The notes under the pieces: generated by a model | The model's database searches: none | Seen by the model: only the letters and a program-made list of their open reading frames with translations | What the model was told of the DNA's origin: nothing | Shown here: piece after piece, positions 62,496-64,000 of the stretch | How the letters are laid out: each line of letters opens with the position of its first letter | How positions within the stretch are numbered: position 1 is the first letter of the stretch | Assembly (NCBI RefSeq): GCF_018977255.1 | Contig: NW_024704743.1 | Span: forward strand, 85,438,001-85,502,000 | Source: Callorhinchus milii | Taxonomy: Eukaryota | Length of the DNA: 64,000 bases | Direction of reading: 5' to 3' | Made by a program: the position numbers and the translations under genes

Positions 62496-63040
62496 CTGAT
62501 ATAATACATCATATTAAATTCAACAATTTTTACTGCCACACCACAAAATACCTAGACTGATATTAACAATTTAATTTAACACTGATAATAATAATCCTTA
62601 CATGTGATTTAGCACCTTTCATGTCAGGGGGACATCTCAAAGCGCTTCAGAGGATCCAGTGTGAAGTGTACTTTATCAGCAAACTTGATAGCCAATTTGC
62701 ACACAGCAATGTTTCATAAACATGAAATGAATGACCATTTTTATTTATGGGATTGATGGCCATTTTTATTTCTGGGATTCTTTTCGAATAGCATCAAGGA
62801 ATCTTTTAATGACCACCTGAACAGGCTGACAGGTTTAATGTCTCATCTGAGTCAGAGGCGAGAGGGCTACCAACTGAGTCAGATATGCAATCCAAACCAA
62901 GTTCTGCGATCGCCAGCATTGGAAATCCCTTTCCAGGTAGGATTGGCATTAGTTATTATACAGCTTACTTCATCCTAATTGCTCTGTTCCTTAGTTGGAT
63001 TAAGGATCACATGAGCGTCAGATCTGAAAATGACACGTAC

Positions 63041-63208
63041 CATTAATGAGGTCAATGTAGCCATCTGCAAGCAAAGCCACTGGGGACAGACGTCTGGTTT
63101 CTGAATCCGAGTCGAGACTCTCGATAACCAGCATCTCGTAATTTAGCCCAAAGCACTTGTAACTTTGCCAGTCAGACATGTAGGTACAGCTGGAGTCACG
63201 GATTATCC
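63041..63208 (-). CDS. PKHD1L1: Fibrocystin-L (PKHD1L1-like) coding exon; upstream exons lie beyond the window
   Basis: Minus strand ttcccgcag|GG ... G|gtacgt, 168 nt. Encodes GIIRDSSCTYMSDWQSYKCFGLNYEMLVIESLDSDSETRRLSPVALLADGYIDLING, recognisable PKHD1L1 C-terminal ectodomain sequence. Confidence 0.92.
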
Positions 63209-64000
63209 CTGCGGGAAGTAATGACCACAGATGTATGATTCCAGAAAGACATGAGATTATGGAAGAGCATTGGCAGTAAGGCAAAAGTATCCGCCCCTCG
63301 CTTTCAGTGCAAATTGATGGAATGTTGATTTGCCACCACAATTGCACAGGGGCTCACTAGTTCAGATCACAGTACAAAATATCTACTCTGAATTTGATCC
63401 CTTGGGTGATTACATCTTATTTCTGCTCTGATCTTGGTGTATCAGGCCATGGGAAACATTGTGCTTTCACATCAGGCTCCTCACGTCTGACATGACCTGA
63501 ACCAGAAAGCTTCTTGAAGTGCGTTTATTGAATTTAGTGAAGCTCGTGTGGTGTTTTGGAACATTGCAAGTTATTTGATGATTGCAACCGTATACTATGC
63601 ACTGAAGAGCTTGAATAGTTTTGTAACCTGTGGTGATACTGAAGGTAACAAGCCCAAGGTTTTCCTTTAAGACCACACAATAAAAGTATATAAAAAACAA
63701 CCTTGGAAATACAAGTCAATGAGTGACTGAGGGAGAATGACAGGGTCACTCACACAAAACATGTTAACTTTCTCTTCCAGGTGCCCAGGGACTTGTTTTA
63801 TCCTTTTTGCATTTTATGTCATTTCCAATCAGTACAATATTCCTTTTTTTCTAAAAAATCTAAAATCTAAGTGTGTCAAATTATTTTCCTAATTTTCTCC
63901 CTGCTGGACTATGGCGCTCCACTTCTCCTGTGGTCTCCTCTTGCTGGGGTGCAGTTCCACAGTGCTGGGTGCTCTCCGGTATCTCAGGACATTGTTCTGG

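Noticed and set aside
1..64000. CRISPR arrays, operons or prokaryotic defence systems
   Set aside because: No regularly spaced direct repeats; the window is intron-rich vertebrate DNA and its recurrent motifs are dispersed SINE and LINE tails.

Overview
Vertebrate genomic DNA, most likely a cartilaginous fish and probably a chimaera; this is inferred from the tRNA-headed DeuSINEs with L2 tails, the CR1/L2 LINEs and the shark-type Penelope terminal fragments. Two spliced genes converge tail to tail. (1) On + is the 3' part of septin 7 (SEPT7): ten constitutive coding exons from 1421 to the stop at 36469, a candidate 21-nt microexon at 31212-31232, and a 3' UTR ending near AATAAA 37476. (2) On - is the 3' end of a fibrocystin-L (PKHD1L1-like) gene: coding exons from 63208 down to a transmembrane exon at 55757-55533. 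After that come a predicted frame-symmetric cytoplasmic exon (54718-54551) with an NPxY motif and an in-frame 66-nt L2 retroelement insertion, and a predicted terminal exon (52359 to about 51535). Introns and the ~14 kb intergenic gap are rich in repeats, including an internally deleted mariner, palindromic MITE-like relics and several hairpins. Most ORFs in the supplied track are spurious or repeat-derived. Exon boundaries were read by eye from GT/AG sites and frame continuity, and repeat boundaries are approximate. Family names and comparisons to other species come from memory, not from database searches.
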